Assembly (NCBI RefSeq): GCF_000186885.1 | Contig: NC_014972.1 | Coordinates: forward strand, 3,690,001-3,722,000 | Origin: Desulfobulbus propionicus DSM 2032 | GTDB lineage: Bacteria > Desulfobacterota > Desulfobulbia > Desulfobulbales > Desulfobulbaceae | Direction: 5' to 3' | DNA: 32,000 nt | Part shown: piece by piece, positions 1-8,961 of the stretch | How positions within the stretch are numbered: the stretch's first letter is position 1 | How the letters are laid out: every line of letters starts with the position of its first letter | Notes under the pieces: generated by a model | What the model was told of the DNA's origin: nothing | Database searches by the model: none | Seen by the model: the letters and a program-made list of their open reading frames with translations, nothing else | Program-made: the position numbers and the translations under genes

Positions 1-248
1 ACCAGGGCCGACCTGACTGTGGTGACGAGAACAAACCCACGATACATCGACGAGTTGGCCACTTTGAGGAGATTGCTGGAAAGCGCCTGATCACCGCTGA
101 TCAATTTTTCAACGATGCGGAAATCGGGCTCTTTTTTGATCAGTTCGCGCTGAATCCGCAGTGAAACGGGATTAAAGACCGGCAGGGAAAGCCGTTCCGA
201 TTCAATGTATTTCTTGAGTAGGGCGACAAAAGTACGTTCGTTGGTCAT
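1..248 (-). CDS. HDOD-domain protein, N-terminal part (runs off window start)
   Basis: Manual minus-strand translation from ATG at 248: MTNERTFVALLKKYIESERLSLPVFNPVSLRIQRELIKKEPDFRIVEKLISGDQALSSNLLKVANSSMYRG..., matching the HDOD pattern (LP.f.....i...l.......v..li..D..Ls..lLk.aNSs.y). Confidence 0.75.
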   Translation of the reverse strand, partial: MTNERTFVALLKKYIESERLSLPVFNPVSLRIQRELIKKEPDFRIVEKLISGDQALSSNLLKVANSSMYRGFVLVTTVRSAL

Positions 249-522
249 CCTAAGCCATGGGGTAAGTGGGCCGAAAAGGGCGCGTGGTCCGTCATGCCAA
301 GCGCGCGGCGCCTGAGAGCCTTGCCCGAAGGGCGTTGCCATCGCGTCGGCTCGGCAGGATAGGTAGCATAAAACGCGCGCCAAATGAAGCAAAAGCCGAC
401 ATTCTCGGGTTGTCGCCGCGAAATCGTTCCGGGGAAAGACGGAGAAAAACTGAAAACATCAAGGTGAAAGAGTGCAGCAAGCCCGTCTCCGTAAATGACG
501 GGCCGGGCTTGCGCACGGCCGT

Positions 523-1458
523 TCAGACAGCCTTTTCTCGTTTTTTGGTGTGCTCCAGAGTGGTCATGACCGTGGCCACCATGGAGGAGACATCGGCCAG
601 GTTGGCGGGTAGAATCATGGTGTTGTTTTCCTTGGCCAGCTTGCCGAACTGGTCAAGGTACTTCTTGGCCACCTCAAGGTTGGCCGCATCCTGGCCGCCA
701 GGCTCGCTCAAGGCCTCGGCAACCTGGCGAATTCCTTCGGCGGTGGCCGCCGCTACCTTGAGAATTTCCTGCGCCTGACCTTCCGCCTCGTTGATCCGTC
801 GCATTTTTTCGCCTTCGGACCGGGCAATGGCCTCGGCCCGCTCGCCCTCGGCCCGGTTGATCATCGCCTGACGCTCCCCTTCGGACTTGGCGATTTCCGC
901 CCGTTTCTCGCGTTCGGCCTTCATCTGCTTCTCCATGGCTTCAAGCACGCTGCGCGGCGGCTGAATGTCCTTGATCTCGTAACGCAATACCTTGACGCCC
1001 CAGTTCTGCGAGGCCTCGTCCAGTGCCTCGACCACCTGGCGATTCAGATTCTCCCGCGCCTCAAAGGTGTTGTCGAGGCTGATCTTGCCAATGGCCGAGC
1101 GCAGGCTGGTTTGCGCCAGCTGCGCCACGGCGAAATGGTAATTGTCGATGCCATAGGCGGAGAGTCGGGAATTGACCACCTGCAGATAAAGACAGCCGTC
1201 GATCTCCATGGAAACATTGTCGGCGGTGATGCAGGTTTGGGCCGGAATGTCGATCGACTCCTCCTTGAGGCTGCGTTTATAGGCCACCTTATCGAAAAAG
1301 GGGATCAAGATGTGAAAACCGGCCTCGAGAGTGGTGCGGTATTTGCCCAGCCGCTCGATCACATACTCATACTGCTGATCCACGACCACCGCGGTCTTGA
1401 CCAGGATCACGATCGCAAACACAACCAGGGCCACCACGCCGATGAGCACGTTATCCAT
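523..1458 (-). CDS. SPFH/band 7 (stomatin-like, QmcA-type) membrane protein
   Basis: ORF with N-terminal TM, 'VVVDQQYEYVIERLGKYRTTLEAGFHILIPFFDKVAYKRSLKEESIDIP', and a long KAEREKRAEIAKSEGERQAMINRAEGE coiled coil. Start reassigned to ATG at 1458 (MDNVLIGV), overlapping the nfeD stop. Confidence 0.93.
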   Translation of the reverse strand: MDNVLIGVVALVVFAIVILVKTAVVVDQQYEYVIERLGKYRTTLEAGFHILIPFFDKVAYKRSLKEESIDIPAQTCITADNVSMEIDGCLYLQVVNSRLSAYGIDNYHFAVAQLAQTSLRSAIGKISLDNTFEARENLNRQVVEALDEASQNWGVKVLRYEIKDIQPPRSVLEAMEKQMKAEREKRAEIAKSEGERQAMINRAEGERAEAIARSEGEKMRRINEAEGQAQEILKVAAATAEGIRQVAEALSEPGGQDAANLEVAKKYLDQFGKLAKENNTMILPANLADVSSMVATVMTTLEHTKKREKAV

Positions 1459-1922
1459 CAGTGTTCTCCGTTTGTTTTCAGGGGTGCGACCTTGACGGTC
1501 AGGTTTTTCTTTTCCACAATTCGCACGACCGTTCCTTTGGTCACTGGCTCCTCGGAGGTGGCCTGCCAAAACGAACCGCCGAATTTTACCTTTCCTGCGG
1601 CCGGGGGCAGGATATCCTCGATCACCTCGCCAGTAGCATCCTCGGGCAGGCTATGTTCCATGGCATCGACCTCGAGGGTGCGGCCGAGAAAAATTTTTTT
1701 CACCGTCGATCGCAACAAAAGGAGGGCGAGGAGACTGGCGGCGAGAAAAACCAGCAGTTGGGTGGAAAGAGAGATCGGCAGCAGATAGACGGCCAGAGCC
1801 GCACACCAGGCGCCAATGCCGAAAAAAAACACGATCAGTCCCGGCAGGAGCAATTCGAGGGCAAAGAAGACGATACCGCTAAGAAACCACAGCAGAACCG
1901 GCGACAGGGAAAGCAGAACCAT
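1458..1922 (-). CDS. NfeD-family membrane protein
   Basis: Hydrophobic N-terminus and C-terminal OB-like segment (GEVIEDILPPAAGKVKFGGSFWQATSEEPVTKGTVVRIVEKKNLTVKV). Immediately upstream of and coupled to the SPFH gene, the classical NfeD/SPFH pairing. Confidence 0.88.
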   Translation of the reverse strand: MVLLSLSPVLLWFLSGIVFFALELLLPGLIVFFFGIGAWCAALAVYLLPISLSTQLLVFLAASLLALLLLRSTVKKIFLGRTLEVDAMEHSLPEDATGEVIEDILPPAAGKVKFGGSFWQATSEEPVTKGTVVRIVEKKNLTVKVAPLKTNGEH

Positions 1923-2152
1923 GCGACACTCCAGAAAGAGTCATTTGCGTAGAGGATAGCATAGTCATACCGCCCGGGCAATGCGGGCGAAGAATTTTCT
2001 GGAAAAATGGGTTTATCTGCTTGTCATTATCCGTGTTCTTCCTTAAAACAAAACCATTCGATTTAAATTTTTGAACTCGGCCCCCAAGGTCCAACACTTC
2101 ATCACTGCCTGATTGCATCCACATGGGCAATCAGCCGGCGTTCAGGATTTCC

Positions 2153-4063
2153 ATGCCCGCATCTCATCCACTGTTTTCTTCCCGCGTCCTGTTGCTGGGA
2201 TGCATGCTTCTCGTGTCGTCTATCGGTTTGGTCGCCTCGACCTCTGCCGAGGAAATCGTCCAACCCGCACGCCCCTCGCACCTGGAAGGAGCGGAAATTC
2301 AATCCACACAGACAAACCAGGACAATGGCCAACCGGTCAGCGACAACGTCTCGCCGGCCGCGACCTTTGACGGCGATCCTGTCCAGGTGTTGATCCAGCA
2401 GCACCTCGAACAGATGTATTACGACAAGCAGGATTCGATTGCCCAGGAACCGATCTATACCACCGGCTACCTGTTTGACCTGTACCGCAGAAACCAGTTT
2501 CGTCCCCTGTGGTCCAATCAGGACAACATCCACCAGCTGCTGACCGCGATCGCCGCCGCCGACGATGAGGGGCTGACTCCTGATGATTACCACCTCAAGG
2601 TGCTCAACCGCTACGCCAGTGAGCTCAACTCGGCACCTTCCCTGGCCAAGCAAGTGGAATACGACCTCCTGTTTTCGGATGCGTTTGTGCTCCTGGGACA
2701 GCATAAACGCTACGGCAAGGTCGACCCCAACAAAGTCGAGGAAAAACAGAACCTGGAAGCCACCACACCACGCACCTCCCCCATTGATACCTATCTCACG
2801 GCGATCAGAACGGGCGCGATCCAAGCGACTCTGGACAAGCTTTCTCCCCATCACAAGGCCTACGTCAACCTCAAGGAAGCACTGATTCGCTACAAACAGA
2901 TCGCCAGCAAAGGCGGATGGCCGCAGGTACCCATGGGACCGAGTCTAAGGCCGGGAGCCCATGACGATCGCGTGCCGGCAATACGACGGCGGCTGGCGAT
3001 CACCGATCATTACCATGCGACCGGTGGCGGCAATGCGAAACAGTACGACAGTCACTTGGTGGCCGCGGTCAAGGCGTTTCAGGCCCGTCACCACTTGGAA
3101 CCCGATGGCGTGGTCGGCAAGAGCACGGTCATGGCAATGAACGTCACGGTGGCGGAACGCATCAAGCAGCTCCGGGTCAATCTAGAGCGGACCCGCTGGG
3201 TGATCCACGATATGCCCAGCTCCAACCTCATCGTCGACATTGCCGGATTCATGCTTCAATATTATCATGACAATGCCCCGGTATGGACCAGTAAGGTGAT
3301 GGTCGGCCAGCCCTTTCATCAGACACCGATTTTCCGTTCGGCCATTACCTACATCGTTCTCAACCCCACTTGGACCATTACCCCGGACATTGTCAAGAAC
3401 GAGACCGTTCCCAGCATCATCAAGGACCCCGGTTATCTAGCCAAGCAACGACTACGGGTTCTCGACAGAAACGGCAATGCGGTTGATCCGAACACCATCC
3501 CGTGGACGCAGTACCAAGGCCGATATTTCCCTTATACCCTGCGTCAAGATGCGGGGCGGGACAATTCGCTTGGCCTGATCAAATTTCTCTTTCCCAACCC
3601 CTATCATGTCTACTTGCATGACACGCCGAGCAAGTCCCTTTTCGGTCGGACGCGACGCGCTTTCAGCCACGGTTGTATCCGAGTACAAAACCCCCTTGAA
3701 CTGGGCCGCATGATCCTGGCGAATGATCCTGGCAATCCAACCACACCCGCCAAGATGGACCAAATCCTTGCTTCAGGGAAGACCACGACAGTGATTCTCA
3801 AGCAACCGCTGCCCATTTATCTCATGTATCTGACCGCAAATGTCCAAGACAACAAAGTCATGTTCAAGCCCGATCTCTACAGCCGTGACGAAGGCATTCT
3901 TACCGCATTGAATACCCCCCCTTCATCGCTGGAACTGGCCCCTCAAGTTCCTGAAGCCAAAGGACAGCTCACCAATCAGCAAGTCAGGATCGACAAAACC
4001 GTGCGATACGTGCAAACAGAACAACAAAAATCGACGGAACCCTATGCAAAAGATACCCTGTGA
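2153..4063 (+). CDS. L,D-transpeptidase (YcbB/LdtD-like) with peptidoglycan-binding domain and YkuD catalytic domain
   Basis: PG_binding_1-like 'LVAAVKAFQARHHLEPDGVVGKSTVMAMNV', YkuD motif 'FSHGCIRVQNPLELG', and an N-terminal signal-like helix. The ORF track starts at 2123; ATG 2153 has a better RBS (ttcAGGAtttcc). Confidence 0.92.
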   Translation: MPASHPLFSSRVLLLGCMLLVSSIGLVASTSAEEIVQPARPSHLEGAEIQSTQTNQDNGQPVSDNVSPAATFDGDPVQVLIQQHLEQMYYDKQDSIAQEPIYTTGYLFDLYRRNQFRPLWSNQDNIHQLLTAIAAADDEGLTPDDYHLKVLNRYASELNSAPSLAKQVEYDLLFSDAFVLLGQHKRYGKVDPNKVEEKQNLEATTPRTSPIDTYLTAIRTGAIQATLDKLSPHHKAYVNLKEALIRYKQIASKGGWPQVPMGPSLRPGAHDDRVPAIRRRLAITDHYHATGGGNAKQYDSHLVAAVKAFQARHHLEPDGVVGKSTVMAMNVTVAERIKQLRVNLERTRWVIHDMPSSNLIVDIAGFMLQYYHDNAPVWTSKVMVGQPFHQTPIFRSAITYIVLNPTWTITPDIVKNETVPSIIKDPGYLAKQRLRVLDRNGNAVDPNTIPWTQYQGRYFPYTLRQDAGRDNSLGLIKFLFPNPYHVYLHDTPSKSLFGRTRRAFSHGCIRVQNPLELGRMILANDPGNPTTPAKMDQILASGKTTTVILKQPLPIYLMYLTANVQDNKVMFKPDLYSRDEGILTALNTPPSSLELAPQVPEAKGQLTNQQVRIDKTVRYVQTEQQKSTEPYAKDTL

Positions 4064-4271
4064 GCTGACTCTGGGTAATGGCGGTGATGTCATCGTCATG
4101 GTCGTATTGGATGAAGACGGCACCTTGCGCATACCTTGCTATGCCACCTATGGTACGTTTCAGGAAGGCGTGCTCAACTATCGTGTATTACGACCGGACG
4201 ATACCCAACGGGTGCGCAGGGAGGTTTGGGTGGATCAGGATGGCAAGGTGGTCACCGACAAACAAGGCTAG
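4044..4271 (+). CDS. Small conserved-looking hypothetical protein, 75 aa, overlapping the end of the L,D-transpeptidase gene
   Basis: ORF MQKIPCELTLGNGGDVIVMVVLDEDGTLRIPCYATYGTFQEGVLNYRVLRPDDTQRVRREVWVDQDGKVVTDKQG, codirectional with a 20-bp overlap; protein-like composition. Confidence 0.5.
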   Translation: MQKIPCELTLGNGGDVIVMVVLDEDGTLRIPCYATYGTFQEGVLNYRVLRPDDTQRVRREVWVDQDGKVVTDKQG

Positions 4272-4651
4272 TCGATTTCAACTGTAGGGCCACCGCCCCG
4301 CTGATCGATGCGCCATGGAGGGGCGGGACCGTGCATGTGGCCTGTGCATCTCCCTGGGCCCACGCTCCTTGGCCACGAAGGGACTGTGGATGACGCCCGC
4401 CCCTTGTTCCCAGCTGGGGCTGTTTGACACCTTCCTGTTTTCCGCAACATTCCCGTTCTCAAGTAGCCCTACTGCAACCGATTGTTACAGGTGTTCTTTT
4501 TTGTCGCCCGCAGGCGGGCACATCCACAGTGCCGCCCCGCCATTCGAGACACGATCATTCTCTTACCGGCATGATGAATAGCCTTCCCATGGATGCCAAT
4601 TCTTTCATCTCCCTTGACTTTATTCACACTGTAGAGTCTATGGTCTATTGT

Positions 4652-4806
4652 TCAGGTGTTCGTAGAAACGTAAAAGGGAACTCCGTGCAAATCGGAGACG
4701 GGCCCGCCGCTGTGACCGGGGACGACCGCTGCACCATGTCACTGACGACTATGTCGGGAAGACGCAGCCAATAGGAAGAACCGGGAGTCAGAAGACCTGC
4801 CTGGAC
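4652..4806 (+). promoter_or_regulatory. Cobalamin (adenosylcobalamin) riboswitch
   Basis: Canonical conserved cores in order: aaaagggaactccgtgcaaatcggagacgggcccgccgctgtgaccggggacgaccgctgcaccatgtcactg...gggaagacgcagcc...aggaagaaccgggagtcagaagacctgcct. Upstream of cbiK. Confidence 0.95.
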
Positions 4807-4874
4807 GGGAGGAGGAAACGACTGCGCGGACGGCGGCGTATCCGATTTGATCATTTCTGTGGATATAAAGGGCT

Positions 4875-4909
4875 ATCCCGGATCGAAATAGTCGATCCGG
4901 GATTTTTTT
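4875..4909 (+). terminator. Intrinsic terminator downstream of the cobalamin riboswitch (probable expression platform)
   Basis: Perfect 11-bp stem ATCCCGGATCG / CGATCCGGGAT with a 7-nt loop, followed by a T7 run. Confidence 0.85.
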
Positions 4910-5029
4910 ATTCCCCTTCCTGTGTCTCCTTTGGTGAAACGCAATCAACTATAGGCTGGCGGAGGAAGCGGTCATGGATGGCTCAGTCCCAGGTGGGCCG
5001 TCATAACCTTTTTTGCGGGAGAATATTGC

Positions 5030-5935
5030 ATGAACATTTTGGAGATCAAAACGCTGGTGTTGACGATAATTTGCTGCGCACTTATAGGAACCGTCTGTTT
5101 CTCAGGCGCTGTCGGTGCAGCCGGTCATGCCGCCGAGGAAAAGGGGCCGGCAATCCTCTTGGTCACCTTTGGGACCAGTGTTGAAAACGCCCAGACAGCC
5201 TTCCAAAACATCGAGCACCGCGTGAAAGAGGCCTTTCCCAAGACTGAAGTGCGCTGGGCGTATACCTCATCGATCATCCGCAACAAGCTTGCCAAGAAAG
5301 GAATCCGGATCGATTCACCGGAAATGGCCTTGTCCCGGCTAATGGACGAGGGCTATACGAAGGTCGCGGTGCAATCATTGCACATGATCCCAGGAGCCGA
5401 ATTCCATGAAATTAATGTCAATAGCCGCTTGTTCGCACAGATGGCTGGGGGGATCGATACAGTCATGGTCTCGCAACCGCTCTTGATCAGCGACGCGACC
5501 ATGGACAAGGTGTTGAACACCGTGCAAACAAATATCATACCCGAGGAACGCAAGGCGGAGGATGCCGTCATTCTTATGGGCCATGGCACGCATCACCCCA
5601 GCGACGCTATCTATGGCGCGCTGATGTACAAGGCACAAAAAAGGGATGCCAATCTTTACGTTGGCACCGTTGAAGGTGCACCTTCTTTTGCTGAGATCAA
5701 GGAGATGCTGCTCAAGAAAAAGACGCAAAAAGCCTACCTCATCCCCTTCATGACCGTGGCCGGCGATCACGCCATGAATGACATGGCCGGTGATGAGCCG
5801 GATTCATGGAAGAGTCAATTAACTAAGGCAGGCATCACTGCCGTGCCCGTGATGAAAGGGTTGGCGGAGTTCGACCCCATCGTCGATATGTGGATTGACC
5901 ATCTCAAGAATACCATGATTCATTTCCACAAATAA
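5030..5935 (+). CDS. cbiK: Anaerobic sirohydrochlorin cobaltochelatase CbiK, exported (CbiKP-like)
   Basis: LLVTFGTSVENAQTAFQNIEHRVKEAFPKTEVRWAYTSSIIRNKL..., VQSLHMIPGAEFHE, VILMGHGTHHPSDAIY, FMTVAGDHAMNDMAGDEPDSWKSQL. N-terminal hydrophobic signal peptide ending near CFSGAVGAAGHA. Lies under a cobalamin riboswitch. Confidence 0.95.
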   Translation: MNILEIKTLVLTIICCALIGTVCFSGAVGAAGHAAEEKGPAILLVTFGTSVENAQTAFQNIEHRVKEAFPKTEVRWAYTSSIIRNKLAKKGIRIDSPEMALSRLMDEGYTKVAVQSLHMIPGAEFHEINVNSRLFAQMAGGIDTVMVSQPLLISDATMDKVLNTVQTNIIPEERKAEDAVILMGHGTHHPSDAIYGALMYKAQKRDANLYVGTVEGAPSFAEIKEMLLKKKTQKAYLIPFMTVAGDHAMNDMAGDEPDSWKSQLTKAGITAVPVMKGLAEFDPIVDMWIDHLKNTMIHFHK

Positions 5936-6056
5936 GACCGTAAACTAATTAGTGTACAATATATCCACGGTTCTACGATAAGCCTAGTCATTGCAATTGT
6001 TCTCAGCTCCCAGCTCGATGGTTCCGTGGGAGGGATAGACTCGTCGCCTCATCGAT

Positions 6057-6092
6057 AAAAAAACCCCTGTTTTATGAATAAAAAAACAGGGG
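6057..6092 (-). terminator. Intrinsic terminator for the minus-strand pilus operon
   Basis: Stem CCCCTGTTTT (6064-6073) / AAAACAGGGG (6083-6092). Read on the minus strand, the stem is followed by a T-run (GGGGTTTTTTTATCG). Confidence 0.75.
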
Positions 6093-6195
6093 AAAAATAA
6101 TCAACTTGATCTGCCAAGATCGCGATCTTGTGGCAGGTAAAAAGTGAACAACAAACCGTTCACGCCCATCCCAGGCACACAAACGCCTGTTACGA

Positions 6196-7128
6196 TCATT
6201 GACGTTTTTTTACATTCTTCTTCTCATCTGGCAATGGCACATTATAAACAATATAGGCAAAATCGTTCATTAGTGTGGTGATACCTTGCTCAATCGCTTT
6301 TTCAAAAAGAGCATCGTACTCATAATCAGCCCAAAATGAACGTGGGGATACTTTTACATCATTTCTATTACTCCAAACTATATTGCCATTATATGCGTCT
6401 TGAACCCACATACGAATTTGAACAACAGCTTGTGGAATAGCTCCTAATTCAATTCTATCTTTATCATCAAAATCAGAAGAATTTAAATCATCATACACCT
6501 CAGTCGTTGTTTGACCAATCCAAAATTGCTCATCAGTACCGAAGAAAAATGGGATAATGCCTTTTTTCCACGGTGCCCAAGATGGATCCAAACGATCTCT
6601 GTATTGAATAATTCTACCTCGAACAATATAATCAGCAGAAAAATGTCGTCCTATTTTAACAATTTCTTGGGGACTTAGCCCATGAACAAGAGAAGTATCT
6701 CCTTCTATATTTTTATTATTGTTTTGAGTATCTTTTATATATCTCTTCAATGTTCTTTTCATATTACTTGACCAATCATTGTCAAGTTCATACTCAATCG
6801 ATACTGTTTTGTTTCGATCATAGGAGGTGACATTTATTATATTTTGGTCAGCTAAAAACTTATAAATATCTTCTTGAACAGGAAGATGAAATCCTAACCT
6901 TACAAACTGATCAGCCACGTTTTCACTAACAAAAAGATTCCTACGATAGGCACTTTCCAGATTGTCCGCTTGCGAATAATCGGCGAAAGGCAGAATAACC
7001 ACTGTTTTGTCGGCTCCCACTATATTCTTTTTGAGTGGATCGACTTTCAACGATTCATGGACGGTCGCGCCGCAACCACCAAGGCAAAAGGCGAGGAGGC
7101 AAACGAGTAGATGGTGGCGAAATTTCAT
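6196..7128 (-). CDS. Uncharacterised lipoprotein, last gene of the pilus assembly operon
   Basis: Lipobox-like N-terminus MKFRHHLLVCLLAFCLGGCGATVHES; 30 bp downstream of the secretin stop and codirectional. Followed by a minus-strand terminator. Confidence 0.7.
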   Translation of the reverse strand: MKFRHHLLVCLLAFCLGGCGATVHESLKVDPLKKNIVGADKTVVILPFADYSQADNLESAYRRNLFVSENVADQFVRLGFHLPVQEDIYKFLADQNIINVTSYDRNKTVSIEYELDNDWSSNMKRTLKRYIKDTQNNNKNIEGDTSLVHGLSPQEIVKIGRHFSADYIVRGRIIQYRDRLDPSWAPWKKGIIPFFFGTDEQFWIGQTTTEVYDDLNSSDFDDKDRIELGAIPQAVVQIRMWVQDAYNGNIVWSNRNDVKVSPRSFWADYEYDALFEKAIEQGITTLMNDFAYIVYNVPLPDEKKNVKKRQ

Positions 7129-7158
7129 ACCATTTCTCCTGTTATTCTGGGGACAAAG

Positions 7159-8919
7159 TTAAATAATTCTCGGAGTGAGCAGGATAACCAACTCACGTTT
7201 CTGCAAGGTTTTCTCTTCCACGCCAAAAAGGTATTTCACCACGGGAATGCTGCCCAAGCCAGGTGCAAAAGCACCTGTCTTTCCTTCAATACTGTCGATG
7301 AGACCACCGATGATCAGCATTTCTCCGTTTTCGACCTCCACCATGGTCGACATTTCACGTACTTTGACCTGCGGCAGGCCGAGAGACATGGCGGTCTCTC
7401 CCTCACCAATGGTGGTGATCGGGACCTCACCATCACTGGTGGCATTGGCCAAATCGGTTGTAATGGGAGTCAGATGGAGAATAACTTTATTTTCGTCCAG
7501 AATAGAGGCCATCACGCCCAGGGCAATTCCCTGAACCACATTCCCCACTTCAGCAGAATAGGTTATATCTTCGGTGTCGCTATCCTTTTCTCTTGTGACC
7601 GATTTTATGTAAGCAACATCCTTACCGACACTAATAATCGCTGGTTGCCCATTGAGAACGGTCAATTTGGGATTGGCTAACACATGAGTATCTCCCTGTT
7701 CCTCTAGTGCATTGAGAAAAACATCGAATGTTAAACTTGGAATCTCAACACGACTGACAAAAGTATTCGAAAAATCATCAGGGTCAGCAGTTGTGCGTGG
7801 ATGCACTTGGCCATTGTTGCCAAAAAAAGTAGTTGCTGAAATTTGAAAATCTTTAAGAACACTACTCCAATCAAGTCCAATTTTAGAGTTATCTTGCAAA
7901 TAAACTTCTATAATTTTGGCTTCAATGTTAACTTGCTTATACAATGATTTCTTTAAATTATTGATATAATCATCGACAACCTTCAACAAGCTCGGTTTTG
8001 CTGTCACAGTTATAAGTCCTACATTCCGGTCGATAACAAAGGAAGCCTTATCCTTTGCCCCCATGCTCATTGTTTTTTCTTCTGATCCGACCGCATCTCC
8101 TTTTGCTGCTTTCTCTGGTTCACCTTGTTTTGCACTGAACTCTTCACTCTTAGCCGTATTCGGCCCCATATTTTTATCATTTTCTTTTGCTTTGGTTTCT
8201 GCTGAAGATGCCAGAAGAACAGATTGTCGATCAGCCTCAGCTGTTTTGAGGATAATTTTCAAATTCGATTCAACGCTATCCCAAACATTGAACTTGTTTT
8301 CAGGGCTCGATATTTTAACGGATCCTTCTGTGCCTGAAGCAGCATCCTTATTCGAGAGAAAATTTCCGCCTACAGTCGAAGTATAACCGCCCTTCATGGC
8401 GGGAATACCTATTTGATAAACCTTAGTCTCTTTATTACGAACAACGACATTTTTGCCATTCACTTCATGAAAATAGTCAGCTTGACGGAGAAGGTTGGCA
8501 ATCGCATCAAAAAAATTATCGTTGGCTGCGATATCGACATCGACAGGAATCGTTTGGTCAACATCGCTCGCCCAGCTAACGGTCATACCCTTTAAATTCA
8601 CCAATCGTTTCATTACCTCCCAAAGGGGTTGCGGGCCACCTGTGGAACGTATCGTCGCACCCACTTTGATCTGGTATTCTTCAGGCTCGTCACCTAACTC
8701 GTCAACAGTATTATCTGGAGATATTAGGTAACCTGGTGTCTGATATCGAACAGGAAGTTGAGCGGGCGTTGCTATGGGCTTGTTTTCGATGGTGGCGCTC
8801 GAAGATGGTGGAGCGCTCTTATCAACATTATCTTTGGCCTTCTTTTTGGCACCGCAAGAGACCAGGAATGGCAGTGCGATCACAAGACACAGGCAGGCAA
8901 CATATTTGCTCAATTTCAT
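7159..8919 (-). CDS. Lipoprotein secretin, MshL/PilQ/GspD family (type IV pilus-type)
   Basis: Lipobox (LVIALPFLVSCGAKKK) and secretin domain 'VNIEAKIIEVYLQDNSKIGLDWSSVL', 'ALEEQGDTHVLANPKLTVLNGQPAIISVGK', 'MSTMVEVENGEMLIIGGLIDSIEGKT...PGLGSIPVVKYLFGVEEKTLQKRELVILLTPRII'. Start at ATG 8919 rather than 8943. Confidence 0.92.
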   Translation of the reverse strand: MKLSKYVACLCLVIALPFLVSCGAKKKAKDNVDKSAPPSSSATIENKPIATPAQLPVRYQTPGYLISPDNTVDELGDEPEEYQIKVGATIRSTGGPQPLWEVMKRLVNLKGMTVSWASDVDQTIPVDVDIAANDNFFDAIANLLRQADYFHEVNGKNVVVRNKETKVYQIGIPAMKGGYTSTVGGNFLSNKDAASGTEGSVKISSPENKFNVWDSVESNLKIILKTAEADRQSVLLASSAETKAKENDKNMGPNTAKSEEFSAKQGEPEKAAKGDAVGSEEKTMSMGAKDKASFVIDRNVGLITVTAKPSLLKVVDDYINNLKKSLYKQVNIEAKIIEVYLQDNSKIGLDWSSVLKDFQISATTFFGNNGQVHPRTTADPDDFSNTFVSRVEIPSLTFDVFLNALEEQGDTHVLANPKLTVLNGQPAIISVGKDVAYIKSVTREKDSDTEDITYSAEVGNVVQGIALGVMASILDENKVILHLTPITTDLANATSDGEVPITTIGEGETAMSLGLPQVKVREMSTMVEVENGEMLIIGGLIDSIEGKTGAFAPGLGSIPVVKYLFGVEEKTLQKRELVILLTPRII

Positions 8920-8961
8920 AAAATGATCCTCAATATGATCCAAGACACGAAATACAAACCA

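Noticed and set aside
477-512. Inverted repeat GCAAGCCCG...CGGGCTTGC as a terminator between the HDOD and SPFH genes
   Set aside because: Forms a good stem but neither strand has a following T-run, and alternative pairing (GCCCGTC/GACGGGC) competes; function not supportable.
2102-2854. 250-aa minus-strand ORF
   Set aside because: Antisense to the L,D-transpeptidase gene.
4424-4774. Plus- and minus-strand ORFs overlapping the riboswitch region (e.g. 4424-4774 +, 4645-4854 -)
   Set aside because: The conserved nucleotide cores of the cobalamin riboswitch explain this sequence; the ORFs show no protein signature.
8060-8330. Lys/Glu/Ala-rich stretch in the secretin as a possible separate element or frameshift
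   Set aside because: The reading frame is continuous through it; it is best explained as a disordered linker between the STN/N-domain and the secretin core.
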